A stretch of DNA of 26,352 nucleotides, taken from Hyphomicrobiales bacterium (GTDB lineage Bacteria > Pseudomonadota > Alphaproteobacteria > Rhizobiales > OSC116). The position numbers were made by a program, and so were the translations under genes. The stretch spans positions 1 to 26,352 of the forward strand of contig JABSRY010000001.1 of assembly GCA_013214985.1 (NCBI GenBank). The letters run 5' to 3'. This document shows positions 7,188 to 14,989 of this stretch, piece by piece; position 1 is the first letter of the stretch; every line of letters begins with the position of its first letter. Below the pieces are notes generated by a model, which ran no database searches, was not told the DNA's origin, and saw only the letters and a program-made list of their open reading frames with translations.

Positions 7188-8773
7188 AACATACCCTTCC
7201 TTTTATTGCGCGAATATCGCGAATTAGTTCTAGAGGGTCGGCTGGCATAACGATCAGTTTCGCGCTCTTGGCTGGCTCTTGGCACTGGCAAATAAGCAAA
7301 TTCAACAGTCTCTTGCTTAGATGCAAACAAAGCCATCACCCCCGCAATAACACTATCACCATGCCGTTGCTTGCCATTTTTACCCTTTTTACGCTTTTCT
7401 GGAACGCGCGGAATACCCCGAATAATTTCTACGGATCGCAAATCAGCCTCGATGTCGGCATCACGCGGCAAACTTAAAACATCATCTTCAAGCGCGGCCT
7501 TAAATGGTGGCATATTATCCCGATACCAACTTTCTGATGCCTGTATTTCATGCACCATAGAGCCGTATCTATCACGGCAAGCTTCAGACATTTGCATGCC
7601 AATACCTCTTGCATCAAGCGCAATGCCTATTTTATTGGGTAAATGATCGCAAATATAAAATAAGATTTGCTGTTGTTCACTGAATGGTAAATTGTGGATC
7701 TCAATTAAGAATGGTGTATGTCTGGCTGTATTCTGCGAAATAGTAAGCGGCCAAAAATCAGAACCATCACCCGAACGGCCAAAATCACCACCCAAAGCAT
7801 GACGCAAGTTTTGTGGTAATTTATCAAGCAGTGGCTTAACTTCTTTTTCTAACCAGTCGCCAATTTCTTGCTCACGCATTATTGGGTTTACATGCTTAAA
7901 TTCATCTGGCCGCTCAATCCGAATAACCGGAATATCTTTATTCATCCGAGCATCAATTAAGGTATAAGGCAACCAGCCACCCGTGCTTGAACGCGGAATA
8001 ACATTTAATTCCTCATCAGCAGCATCACCGTAGAATGCCAAGATTTCAGCACGCCACACACCCTCTAAAACTCGGTTATATTCTTGATTGCTAACAAAAC
8101 AAATTCGTTCATAAAGACCCGCGTCAATCGCTTCATCAAAAGTCACACGCAATAAATTATACTTTTCAAACCCATCTCGATCTTTTCTAATATCTTCAAC
8201 AAGCTGATTAAATGGGTTATCAATACCATCATGGGTAGAAATAATTAAAACTTTACCGCCCCACATAATCAAAGCAAATGCCGCTTTTAATAACTCCACT
8301 AAATTATCATGAAATGCCGCTTCATCAATAATCACATAGCCCTGTTTACCACGCAATACACGCGGGCTAGACGGTAGCGCAACAATTTCAAAACCCGATG
8401 CGAAACTAATCCGAAACGCCTTAATATCCTTCTGGCCTTCATCATTATTAATCACATTAGAAAATATATATTCTTCAACGCTCAACGAAACATTTAATAA
8501 TGACTTCGCCCATTTAGCGCATTCATCAATAAACTCTCGTGCCATTTCAAAATTATAACCAATGTAAAAAACATCCATACCTTTAGATGATTTACGTTTA
8601 CTAGCATGCATCACAGCATCAGCCGCAGCCGCCCATGTAATACCAGTACGGCGCGACTTTTCATAAACCGTGACCGAATAAGCATCCGTACTGCTGAATA
8701 AATCCTTCTGATAAGGTAAAAATACTTCTGGTAAATCAAGATCACCGAGCGCAGTTTCAATTTTCATCATCAA
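7184..8773 (-). CDS. Terminase large subunit (Mu gp28-like)
   Basis: 'EKSRRTGITWA', 'LRGKQG.VIIDEAAFH', 'ISTHDG.DNPF', nuclease-domain 'GGDFGRSGD' and 'RHGDS..A'. Confidence 0.95.
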   Translation of the reverse strand: MMMKIETALGDLDLPEVFLPYQKDLFSSTDAYSVTVYEKSRRTGITWAAAADAVMHASKRKSSKGMDVFYIGYNFEMAREFIDECAKWAKSLLNVSLSVEEYIFSNVINNDEGQKDIKAFRISFASGFEIVALPSSPRVLRGKQGYVIIDEAAFHDNLVELLKAAFALIMWGGKVLIISTHDGIDNPFNQLVEDIRKDRDGFEKYNLLRVTFDEAIDAGLYERICFVSNQEYNRVLEGVWRAEILAFYGDAADEELNVIPRSSTGGWLPYTLIDARMNKDIPVIRIERPDEFKHVNPIMREQEIGDWLEKEVKPLLDKLPQNLRHALGGDFGRSGDGSDFWPLTISQNTARHTPFLIEIHNLPFSEQQQILFYICDHLPNKIGIALDARGIGMQMSEACRDRYGSMVHEIQASESWYRDNMPPFKAALEDDVLSLPRDADIEADLRSVEIIRGIPRVPEKRKKGKNGKQRHGDSVIAGVMALFASKQETVEFAYLPVPRASQERETDRYASRPSRTNSRYSRNKRKGMF

Positions 8774-9291
8774 TCCTCAATATTAAATATTCTATTTTTA
8801 ACGGTATCAATTGTATCTTGGGTAAACCCAAGTTCAGCACCGACTTTTTCAACCGCAACCGCAGCCTTGGCAATCGTCACACGTTGAATTTCTAAAATAG
8901 TTTCTTGGTCAATTTTCTTAGCTTTTGCCAAATCAACAGCCGATTTAGACAAAGTGCCAACATATTTCATCGGAACAGTACCGCCATTATTCGCAATCAT
9001 TTGAACAACACTAGTTTGGATAAGTTCAATAGTGGCACGGGTCATTTTGCTTTCACCCGCCTTGCCAATATCTTCTACAATCCGCTCGGACATTTCGCGC
9101 GCAATGTTGATTTTTTCCATTGTTTCATTAAAGCTCTTACTATAACGGCCAACGGCTGAACGGCTTATATCAGCGCCCCAATCCTGAATTTTCTTGACCA
9201 GAGCATCAATGCTTGTGCCACTACGCAAAGCAGCATCAATAGCCTTTTTAAGCTTTGGGTCTAGCCCATCTATACTTGAATTTCGTGCCAT
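8770..9291 (-). CDS. Putative terminase small subunit (Mu gp27, DUF3486-like)
   Basis: 'MAR.SSID.L', 'ISRSAVGRY'; directly upstream of the large subunit. Confidence 0.88.
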   Translation of the reverse strand: MARNSSIDGLDPKLKKAIDAALRSGTSIDALVKKIQDWGADISRSAVGRYSKSFNETMEKINIAREMSERIVEDIGKAGESKMTRATIELIQTSVVQMIANNGGTVPMKYVGTLSKSAVDLAKAKKIDQETILEIQRVTIAKAAVAVEKVGAELGFTQDTIDTVKNRIFNIED

Positions 9292-9301
9292 TAATCACCG
9301 C

Positions 9302-9598
9302 TCAATCTGGGCTTGGCCGAGTAACGCCATCGCAAATTTCTAAGCCTTTAGCGACATCTTGCCCGTACATTGTGATTTTTGCGACAATAACGCCAAATTC
9401 TAAAACCTCTTTTTCAATCAGTTTTTTGCTATCTAACCAATCAAAGTCATCCGATACCGTTCTTGTACTGGCTTTAATACCAACACCAAGCAAAGCATCT
9501 TTCATTAGACTTAAATTCATAGAATAACCAAGCGCACCCTCTAAATATCTTAAAATGGTCAAGCGGCGCTTGGCAGTTAATAGATCTGCATAGCTCAT
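9302..9598 (-). CDS. Mu gp26-like winged-helix protein
   Basis: 'RRL.IL..L', 'D..WL....L', 'A.IT..G.DVA.G.....GV.RPSP'. Confidence 0.85.
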   Translation of the reverse strand: MSYADLLTAKRRLTILRYLEGALGYSMNLSLMKDALLGVGIKASTRTVSDDFDWLDSKKLIEKEVLEFGVIVAKITMYGQDVAKGLEICDGVTRPSPD

Positions 9599-9960
9599 AA
9601 TTTATTATCCAATAAGTAGGTTTGAATTTCGCCAGTGGTTTTTGAAAGTGCCTCTAAACCACTTACAACACCAACCAATTGCTGGTTAATAGTTGCAATC
9701 TTAAGCTCAATTTCTTGAAGGTCATCTCTTGTGGCCAAATGCTCAATCTTGTTTTCTAGATCACGAATACGCTCTTTATTTCTAAGATCATCACGCTCAC
9801 GGGCTTTTGATTCATTAGCAAGTGATGTCTTTAAACCATCAAATTCATTTTTGGTAGCCTTGTTACGAACTGAAATAAAATGATAAATCGTAACGCAAAT
9901 CGCCCCGAAAATTTGCCAAGCAAAATCAAATATTTTAATATTTGTTCCTAAATCATTCAC
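9595..9960 (-). CDS. Mu gp25-like protein (DUF2730-like): N-terminal membrane segment plus coiled coil
   Basis: Hydrophobic residues ~8-30, 'RIRDLE.KIEHL.TRDDL..IE'; synteny upstream of gp26. Confidence 0.65.
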   Translation of the reverse strand: MNDLGTNIKIFDFAWQIFGAICVTIYHFISVRNKATKNEFDGLKTSLANESKARERDDLRNKERIRDLENKIEHLATRDDLQEIELKIATINQQLVGVVSGLEALSKTTGEIQTYLLDNKL

Positions 9961-10166
9961 TAGATATTCCCCTCAAATTCAACTTGGCACTGCATGCATT
10001 TAGTCGCATTTGGCATGGCTATTTTTCGGTTGATCGAAATTGGATCGCCACATTTTATGCAAAACTCACAAGATTTTCCGTATTGTTTGGTATGATGAAA
10101 TCTAGCAAGAGCCGCATCACGCTCTTTTTGTTCATTTATCTGTGCTGCATCTGCTATATCAACCAT
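9960..10166 (-). CDS. TraR/DksA-family C4 zinc-finger protein
   Basis: N-terminal D-I-A-D-A-A acidic tip motif, CIKC...CMQC, 'G.PI...R..A.P.A'. Confidence 0.9.
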   Translation of the reverse strand: MVDIADAAQINEQKERDAALARFHHTKQYGKSCEFCIKCGDPISINRKIAMPNATKCMQCQVEFEGNI

Positions 10167-10193
10167 TATTTACCGCCTCAATTTTCACAATTA

Positions 10194-10409
10194 TTATTCT
10201 TTCAACCATTCAAGCAGCCCATTATTATTGACCTTGCATAGTTCATATTGAGTTTTCAACCGCACCACTTGAGGCAATAATTTACCAGCCTTAAAATTAA
10301 CAACAGGGCATTTATTGGCTAGCGCTTCTGGTATTTTAGGGCTTAAGGTTTGACAGCCCGTCAGCAGTAACGCTGTTAATAGAACAAACAAATTTATCAG
10401 CTTCAACAT
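10194..10409 (-). CDS. Putative o-spanin lipoprotein (Rz1-like)
   Basis: Signal peptide with lipobox LTGC, downstream Cys residues, overlaps the 3' end of the preceding TM protein gene. Confidence 0.75.
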   Translation of the reverse strand: MLKLINLFVLLTALLLTGCQTLSPKIPEALANKCPVVNFKAGKLLPQVVRLKTQYELCKVNNNGLLEWLKE

Positions 10410-10635
10410 TTGCTTTCGCTCCTTTTTGTTTAATAACCGTTCTGTCTATTTTGGTTTGGTTAGTAATAATTTTAGCTTTGATCTCAAGCTTCTGGGCGGC
10501 TTGCCTGAAAGGTTCGCGACCATCTGAGACACCTTTGAAATAAACAATAAATGACACCGTTAAAATTGCGGCTAGTATGAATAGTAAGTGTTTAGGTAAC
10601 AAAGCCCATAATCTAATAAAAATGCTATAGGCCAT
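10336..10635 (-). CDS. Putative i-spanin (Rz-like)
   Basis: Single N-terminal TM helix, helical C-terminus with Cys; lies between endolysin and lipoprotein. Confidence 0.7.
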   Translation of the reverse strand: MAYSIFIRLWALLPKHLLFILAAILTVSFIVYFKGVSDGREPFRQAAQKLEIKAKIITNQTKIDRTVIKQKGAKANVEADKFVCSINSVTADGLSNLKP

Positions 10636-11293
10636 GCTCATTCACCTTTTTATTCCGCTCCATAATAATAAAGCCGAATACTGCAATGATGCCGATGATC
10701 GCCACCATAGGCCAAGTAATAGAGTTGAATATTCCACCAACTTGATCGGCAATATCGCCGCCCTTGGATGTAATGTCAGTTACCTTATTGATTGTTTTCT
10801 CAATGGTTTCAAATTGAGATACAGCAATACCACCAACACCAACCAATGAAGCAATATTAGTTTTGCTGTTAAGCTTAGTTTTTGGTAAACGAAAGCCCAA
10901 TAAATCTTTTCTTTTATAGCTACTAATTTTAACGGTATTGCCTTGGTTGCCACCCAATACTTTAATATGGGTATCAGTTTCGCCCATATAGAAAGCCACA
11001 TGCCCTTGCCATGATGAATTACCACGCTTAAAAATAACAACACAACCGACAACAGGTTTGCTGATTTTGCGCCCCCACTTTAAATATGATCGTGCATTTA
11101 AGGCACGGGTACTTGTTAAACCCGCTTTTTCTAAGCATGAGCCAACGAATGCAGCGCACCAAGCGGTTTCATCGTCTTTAACCCATGAATGGCCGACATC
11201 CGCAAAATATTGAACAATTTTGGGATTATCTTTTTGCCCTTTAACTTCTTTTGTACCTTGCTCATTCATTGCAATTTGTAAATATTTTTGCAT
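10625..11293 (-). CDS. Endolysin, TIGR02594-like (CHAP/NlpC-P60 fold) with C-terminal membrane segments
   Basis: 'G.KE..G...NPKI..YF', 'DDETAWCAAFVG.CL', 'ARSYLKWG', 'GHVAFY', 'VLGGNQ.N.V'. Likely start is MQKY at 11293; the ORF-track extension overlaps the promoter. Confidence 0.88.
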   Translation of the reverse strand: MQKYLQIAMNEQGTKEVKGQKDNPKIVQYFADVGHSWVKDDETAWCAAFVGSCLEKAGLTSTRALNARSYLKWGRKISKPVVGCVVIFKRGNSSWQGHVAFYMGETDTHIKVLGGNQGNTVKISSYKRKDLLGFRLPKTKLNSKTNIASLVGVGGIAVSQFETIEKTINKVTDITSKGGDIADQVGGIFNSITWPMVAIIGIIAVFGFIIMERNKKVNEHGL

Positions 11294-11317
11294 AATAATC
11301 TCTAAATTAAATTTAAA

Positions 11318-11378
11318 TAATTTAGAAACGCCATTCCTATCGATGTGGATGGGAAGTAGAAAAGGCGTTCCTAAACTA
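11318..11378 (-). promoter_or_regulatory. Long stem-loop in the endolysin 5' leader
   Basis: TAGTTTAGGAACGCC pairs with GGCGTTTCTAAATTA (15 bp, 2 G-U), plus a 6-bp inner stem and a 17-nt loop. Confidence 0.6.
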
Positions 11379-11405
11379 ATTCTAGAAAGTGGCTCTAGAT
11401 GCCAT

Positions 11406-11459
11406 GAAAATAATTTAGATATTTTTTGAAATAAAAAACAGTTGCGCAATTGCGCCACT
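11406..11459 (-). promoter_or_regulatory. Candidate activator-dependent late promoter of the lysis/packaging operon (Mu Plys analogue)
   Basis: AAACAGTTGCGCAATTGCGCCACT (11436-11459) is a near-copy of 4041-4064; minus-strand TAAATT at the same offset as the -10 of the other site. Confidence 0.7.
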
Positions 11460-11469
11460 GAGCATAGTT

Positions 11470-11895
11470 TTAATCGTCTAAAAACATATTAAGCTGATCT
11501 GTCGGCTTGATTTGAGTTTTACTACGCTTACGTTGGCGGGTCACAGTACTTTGCGCAACGCCTAAGAAATGGGCGATTTCTGCCCCAGATTTACCAGATT
11601 TTGTTAATTTGTCAATCTGCCTATGAATTTTGGCACGGCTGCCAAACAATGAAACAGGCACTTGAAACATAGTGCCACGGCTGTTATTTTCACCAACAGA
11701 AAAGTGTTTACAAAGCTTTTTAGCCTTGTCATGCCCAATAAGTAGAGACAATTCAGATTTAGCTTTGGGGTTAGAAGGGAAATACACTCTCTTGCCGCCG
11801 TAATTCTTGGCGATAAGAAGGGCAGAATGCGCATCAAGCACCCCTGCAATCTCCGCCAAAAGGCTCTGCTTTAAATGTATTTCATCTTGAGACAT
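11470..11895 (-). CDS. Mor/C-family transcription activator
   Basis: 'LAEIA..L...AL.IA..YGG.RVYFP', 'A.KL...F', C-terminal HTH 'SGAEIAHFLGVAQSTVTRQR'. Confidence 0.85.
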   Translation of the reverse strand: MSQDEIHLKQSLLAEIAGVLDAHSALLIAKNYGGKRVYFPSNPKAKSELSLLIGHDKAKKLCKHFSVGENNSRGTMFQVPVSLFGSRAKIHRQIDKLTKSGKSGAEIAHFLGVAQSTVTRQRKRSKTQIKPTDQLNMFLDD

Positions 11896-12159
11896 TTAGA
11901 TTGATACCAAACCAGTGGTTAAAAATTGAATTAAACCAAACAGCAAAATCACGCCAGCGCCGCCCAAAAGGGTCACAACTGCATCCCAAAAATCAAATTT
12001 CCCATAGTCGAGATAGTCGATCAGTTCCTTGCCAAAACCAAAAGCAAGTACGGCAGCATAAGCCCAGGTTAAACCGAGCGATAAAAACACCCCAGCAACA
12101 CAACCGCCACCCAAAAGGTGCAATTGCTTGTCATGTTTCATAAATCCTAAAATATTCAT
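11896..12159 (-). CDS. Small polytopic membrane protein (YfiM/VanZ-like motif pattern)
   Basis: Three hydrophobic segments with 'DK..H', 'KE..D', 'D...T..G'. Confidence 0.55.
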   Translation of the reverse strand: MNILGFMKHDKQLHLLGGGCVAGVFLSLGLTWAYAAVLAFGFGKELIDYLDYGKFDFWDAVVTLLGGAGVILLFGLIQFLTTGLVSI

Positions 12160-12623
12160 TTTTTATTCTCCTTATTACGTTCAATCATTTTCTTTAATGC
12201 CTCTACAATTTTATTAAGCTGTTTAGTATTCATCCAATCAGGTGAACTAATACCGTCAGGCGCATCATCGGTTTTTGTCATGCGGCGACAAAAAGCAAAT
12301 AACGCACTTCGTTCACCACTAACACCGCCAAGCTCGGCAAGTTTACGCCACAGCACAAACACATATTTGGCCTGTGGTTTTTTGGCCGTATTAGTATGGC
12401 GTTTAGCCTTAGTGCTATATTTTGCACCTTTTTTCTTGTATGAATTTTTCCAGCCTTTTGCCTTAAAACCATCAATAACTTTGTTCATCATGCGGTCTGA
12501 CATGCCTTTGCAACTTGTCCGACCTGTTAAGTTTTCAAGAAATAGCTGATAAGTATCATCATCCATCCCAACGTCTTTTTTGGCGATATGTATTTGCGCC
12601 AATAATGTATTACTAGCCATCAC
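12156..12623 (-). CDS. gemA: GemA / Mu gp16-like regulatory protein (DUF1018-like)
   Basis: 'LAQIHIAKK..G.DDDTY...L...TG..SC..M', 'I..LW', 'SAL.AF..R.T', 'IVEALK.M..R'. Confidence 0.9.
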   Translation of the reverse strand: MMASNTLLAQIHIAKKDVGMDDDTYQLFLENLTGRTSCKGMSDRMMNKVIDGFKAKGWKNSYKKKGAKYSTKAKRHTNTAKKPQAKYVFVLWRKLAELGGVSGERSALFAFCRRMTKTDDAPDGISSPDWMNTKQLNKIVEALKKMIERNKENKK

Positions 12624-12841
12624 TTTTTATCCCTTTTTAAAAAGGTTGTAAAAGCCTCTGAACAATCATTTAAATGCTCAAAGACGACAAATATTACTTC
12701 AATCAAGATGTTTAAAAAAATACATAAAATATATATTATTTGAACAACTAGATAACCCATCAAAGCACCTAGCAAAAAAACAGGCATCAATACCAGCCAA
12801 AACAAACCTTGTATCAGACCACCAAATATGATTTTAAGCAT
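12620..12841 (-). CDS. Hypothetical hydrophobic protein
   Basis: 73-aa ORF translationally coupled to neighbours (TGATG and GTGA overlaps); mostly hydrophobic. Confidence 0.55.
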   Translation of the reverse strand: MLKIIFGGLIQGLFWLVLMPVFLLGALMGYLVVQIIYILCIFLNILIEVIFVVFEHLNDCSEAFTTFLKRDKK

Positions 12842-13002
12842 CACTGCACCTCCTCACCACATTTAGAACAAGCGCCATTAACATCATCTTTTATTTCGCC
12901 ACATGAGTTACAAGAATATTCACACATACAGTCATCACAAAGTTGATCAACGCCGTCATATTCCTCGCAGCATCCATCACAGATAAAAACATCATCATCC
13001 AT
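12841..13002 (-). CDS. Small acidic Cys-rich protein, 53 aa, four CxxC pairs (not in ORF track)
   Basis: MDDDVFICDGCCEEYDGVDQLCDDCMCEYSCNSCGEIKDDVNGACSKCGEEVQ; AAGGGG SD; TGATG overlaps at both ends. Confidence 0.75.
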   Translation of the reverse strand: MDDDVFICDGCCEEYDGVDQLCDDCMCEYSCNSCGEIKDDVNGACSKCGEEVQ

Positions 13003-13163
13003 CACTTAGCCCCTTTTATCTGATAGTTGGTTTCAAAATAATCAGCCATTTTAGCTTTATGAGCTTCTTCTTGGCCGCTCATTGCCCTCAAAACTGCATC
13101 CCGTCTTATCTTTAAAATATTTAAAGTTTCGGCTCGCATCTTTTTTTGGAGTTGACTATCCAT
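13002..13163 (-). CDS. Hypothetical protein, 53 aa (not in ORF track)
   Basis: MDSQLQKKMRAETLNILKIRRDAVLRAMSGQEEAHKAKMADYFETNYQIKGAK; TGATG overlaps with gam and the next ORF; GAGG upstream. Confidence 0.7.
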   Translation of the reverse strand: MDSQLQKKMRAETLNILKIRRDAVLRAMSGQEEAHKAKMADYFETNYQIKGAK

Positions 13164-13693
13164 CACGCCACCTCGCTTAATTTTTCGTCATGAGGCTCAA
13201 TAGAAAAATTTTCACCTTCCGAACCGATGGTAATGCCTTTAATTTCAGCAACTGCATCCGCATCGGCAGCTATGGCATCTTTATCAATTGATAATTTTGT
13301 ACGGATAAACCGCTCTAAGTGGGCTTTTTTCAAAGCTTCAATAATAGCATCCACACCTTTAGTGTTCACCTTAGCTGGCAATGTGCGCCAATTAACATCA
13401 CCACTAGGGAATTGGTGAAACTTAACCTTGCCGTTACGGGTTAATTCATTACGGTTTGCTTCACAATAAGCTTGCACACCCCGCGTTAATTCAACAATTT
13501 TATTACGGACTGGGTCAGCTTGTTCCTCGTGTATTTTCTTGATACCAGCCATACCCTCAGCCATAGCCGCCTCAATTAAAATCAATTCACGGTTTAAATT
13601 ACCAAGCTTGGCAATAGCTTCGCTTGCTTCGTCACGATTTTGCGGCACACTAACAATCGCAGCATTCTTTAATATTTTCTTTGTCATTTTCAT
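13163..13693 (-). CDS. gam: Host-nuclease inhibitor Gam (Mu Gam family)
   Basis: 'VPQ.RDEA...I..LG', 'GVQAYCEANR.ELT..GK.K', 'G.V.WR..P', 'RFIRTK..IDKDAI', 'GI.I....E.F.IEP'. Confidence 0.93.
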   Translation of the reverse strand: MKMTKKILKNAAIVSVPQNRDEASEAIAKLGNLNRELILIEAAMAEGMAGIKKIHEEQADPVRNKIVELTRGVQAYCEANRNELTRNGKVKFHQFPSGDVNWRTLPAKVNTKGVDAIIEALKKAHLERFIRTKLSIDKDAIAADADAVAEIKGITIGSEGENFSIEPHDEKLSEVA

Positions 13694-13721
13694 AATCTTT
13701 CTTATGTGGTTTTATTCAAAA

Positions 13722-13955
13722 CTAATTTGTTAAATTCCCGTTACCAACTTGCTTAATGGTCTCTGTGAAATTGGCGGGTAATCGGTATATTCTTAAAAGT
13801 GAATTGTAAGCAGCCCTTAATGAGCCTATTTTAAAATCCATTTGAGCGGCGCTTAAAGTGCCTCTACTAACCTGTTTTTGACAATCAGCCTCAACAGTTT
13901 TAAGCGCCTCACTAATTCCCTCAATTTGGTGTTTAATTGAATATTCAACATTCAT
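13722..13955 (-). CDS. Hypothetical protein
   Basis: 77-aa ORF with ATGA overlap in the early operon. Confidence 0.6.
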   Translation of the reverse strand: MNVEYSIKHQIEGISEALKTVEADCQKQVSRGTLSAAQMDFKIGSLRAAYNSLLRIYRLPANFTETIKQVGNGNLTN

Positions 13956-14251
13956 GACACCAACCCTTCAATTTTGACCACAAGCCTATTGACTTTGTCA
14001 GCAAAATCACCGTTCCAATCAATTTTGGTTTGGACTTTCCGTTGAGCATCTGACACAAAATGTTTACTTCTTTTAATTAACAAGCCAATTTCAAAGCGGT
14101 TTTGAGATGTCATTTTCTTGGCTAAGTAAGCATAGGTAAATCTTGAAAATGAAAATTTACGTTGTGTTTTCACCATTTTTAAAAAACTAATGCCATAATC
14201 AGCCGCAACAACATCCGCAATTAATTTTAATTTTGGTTCAATATTTCTCAT
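13952..14251 (-). CDS. DnaA domain IV-like (DnaA C-terminal HTH) protein
   Basis: 'I...VA..YGIS...M...R....SR....YLAK.MT.....EIG....R....V..A..KV.......DF..KV..L' follows the DnaA domain IV pattern. Confidence 0.7.
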   Translation of the reverse strand: MRNIEPKLKLIADVVAADYGISFLKMVKTQRKFSFSRFTYAYLAKKMTSQNRFEIGLLIKRSKHFVSDAQRKVQTKIDWNGDFADKVNRLVVKIEGLVS

Positions 14252-14550
14252 GCTGCATCACCCCCATCATTAAAACCAACAGAAATAATCTTGCCGCCTT
14301 TGTTTTCTTTTTTTGATCTAAAAGCTAGTATTGTTGCCGATGACATAATCGGCTCATTATTTACTTCATGCTCAACAACCTTGTCAGACAATTCTAAAAA
14401 CAAATCTGCAATATCCTGACAATCCATCCAATTCAACAAAACACCGTGTTCACTGGCTAATCTAAATCTGCAGGACAAAAGCGTTAAACTTGCATGAAGA
14501 TCTTCGTTTTCTAAACTCTCCAAATATTCTTTATCTAAAATCTTTTTCAT
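14248..14550 (-). CDS. Hypothetical protein
   Basis: 100-aa ORF with GAGGA SD; coupled to the next gene. Confidence 0.65.
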   Translation of the reverse strand: MKKILDKEYLESLENEDLHASLTLLSCRFRLASEHGVLLNWMDCQDIADLFLELSDKVVEHEVNNEPIMSSATILAFRSKKENKGGKIISVGFNDGGDAA

Positions 14551-14611
14551 AACTGTTTCCTCATTTAAGGAGCAGTTGACATACGCAATACAAAACTATC
14601 TATCTGCTATA

Positions 14612-14989
14612 TTATTTCTGTTTGAAATTCGGGCAATTGGGGCATTGGTGTCTAAAAAATCCAAGCTCAGACCCTGACATGCGCCCATCACTAAGCCGTT
14701 GTTGGTTTTCAATGCACTGGCTTAAAGCAATCTCACAATCAAACACTCGGCAAGTAACCACTTCACGCATTAAGCTTGACCGAACCATATTTTCGGCATT
14801 GTCATAAACGCCTTTATATTTTCGGCTGATGATTTGGCTAATTTGCGAACCTGATATATCAAGTTTTTTGGCAACTTGATTTTGGCTAGTTTCATCACAA
14901 GCTTTTGAGAGCGCCTTAACCCAATCGGGCAAATCAAACCCCCATGCCAGTTCAGCTTTTGAAGTAGAAGTAATATTAGGCGTATTCAT
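14612..14989 (-). CDS. XRE-type HTH protein with Cys-rich C-terminus
   Basis: 'SQNQVAKKLDISGSQISQII..KY.G' HTH; C..C..C..CPNC; typical early gene of transposable phages. Confidence 0.75.
   Translation of the reverse strand: MNTPNITSTSKAELAWGFDLPDWVKALSKACDETSQNQVAKKLDISGSQISQIISRKYKGVYDNAENMVRSSLMREVVTCRVFDCEIALSQCIENQQRLSDGRMSGSELGFFRHQCPNCPNFKQK

Noticed and set aside
11294-11458. 55-aa N-terminal extension of the endolysin in the ORF track (MAQLRNC...)
   Set aside because: Starts inside the promoter motif and spans the leader hairpin; family similarity begins at MQKY (11293)
11552-11560. TTGCGCAAC partial motif match
   Set aside because: Only 9 bp and inside the activator coding region
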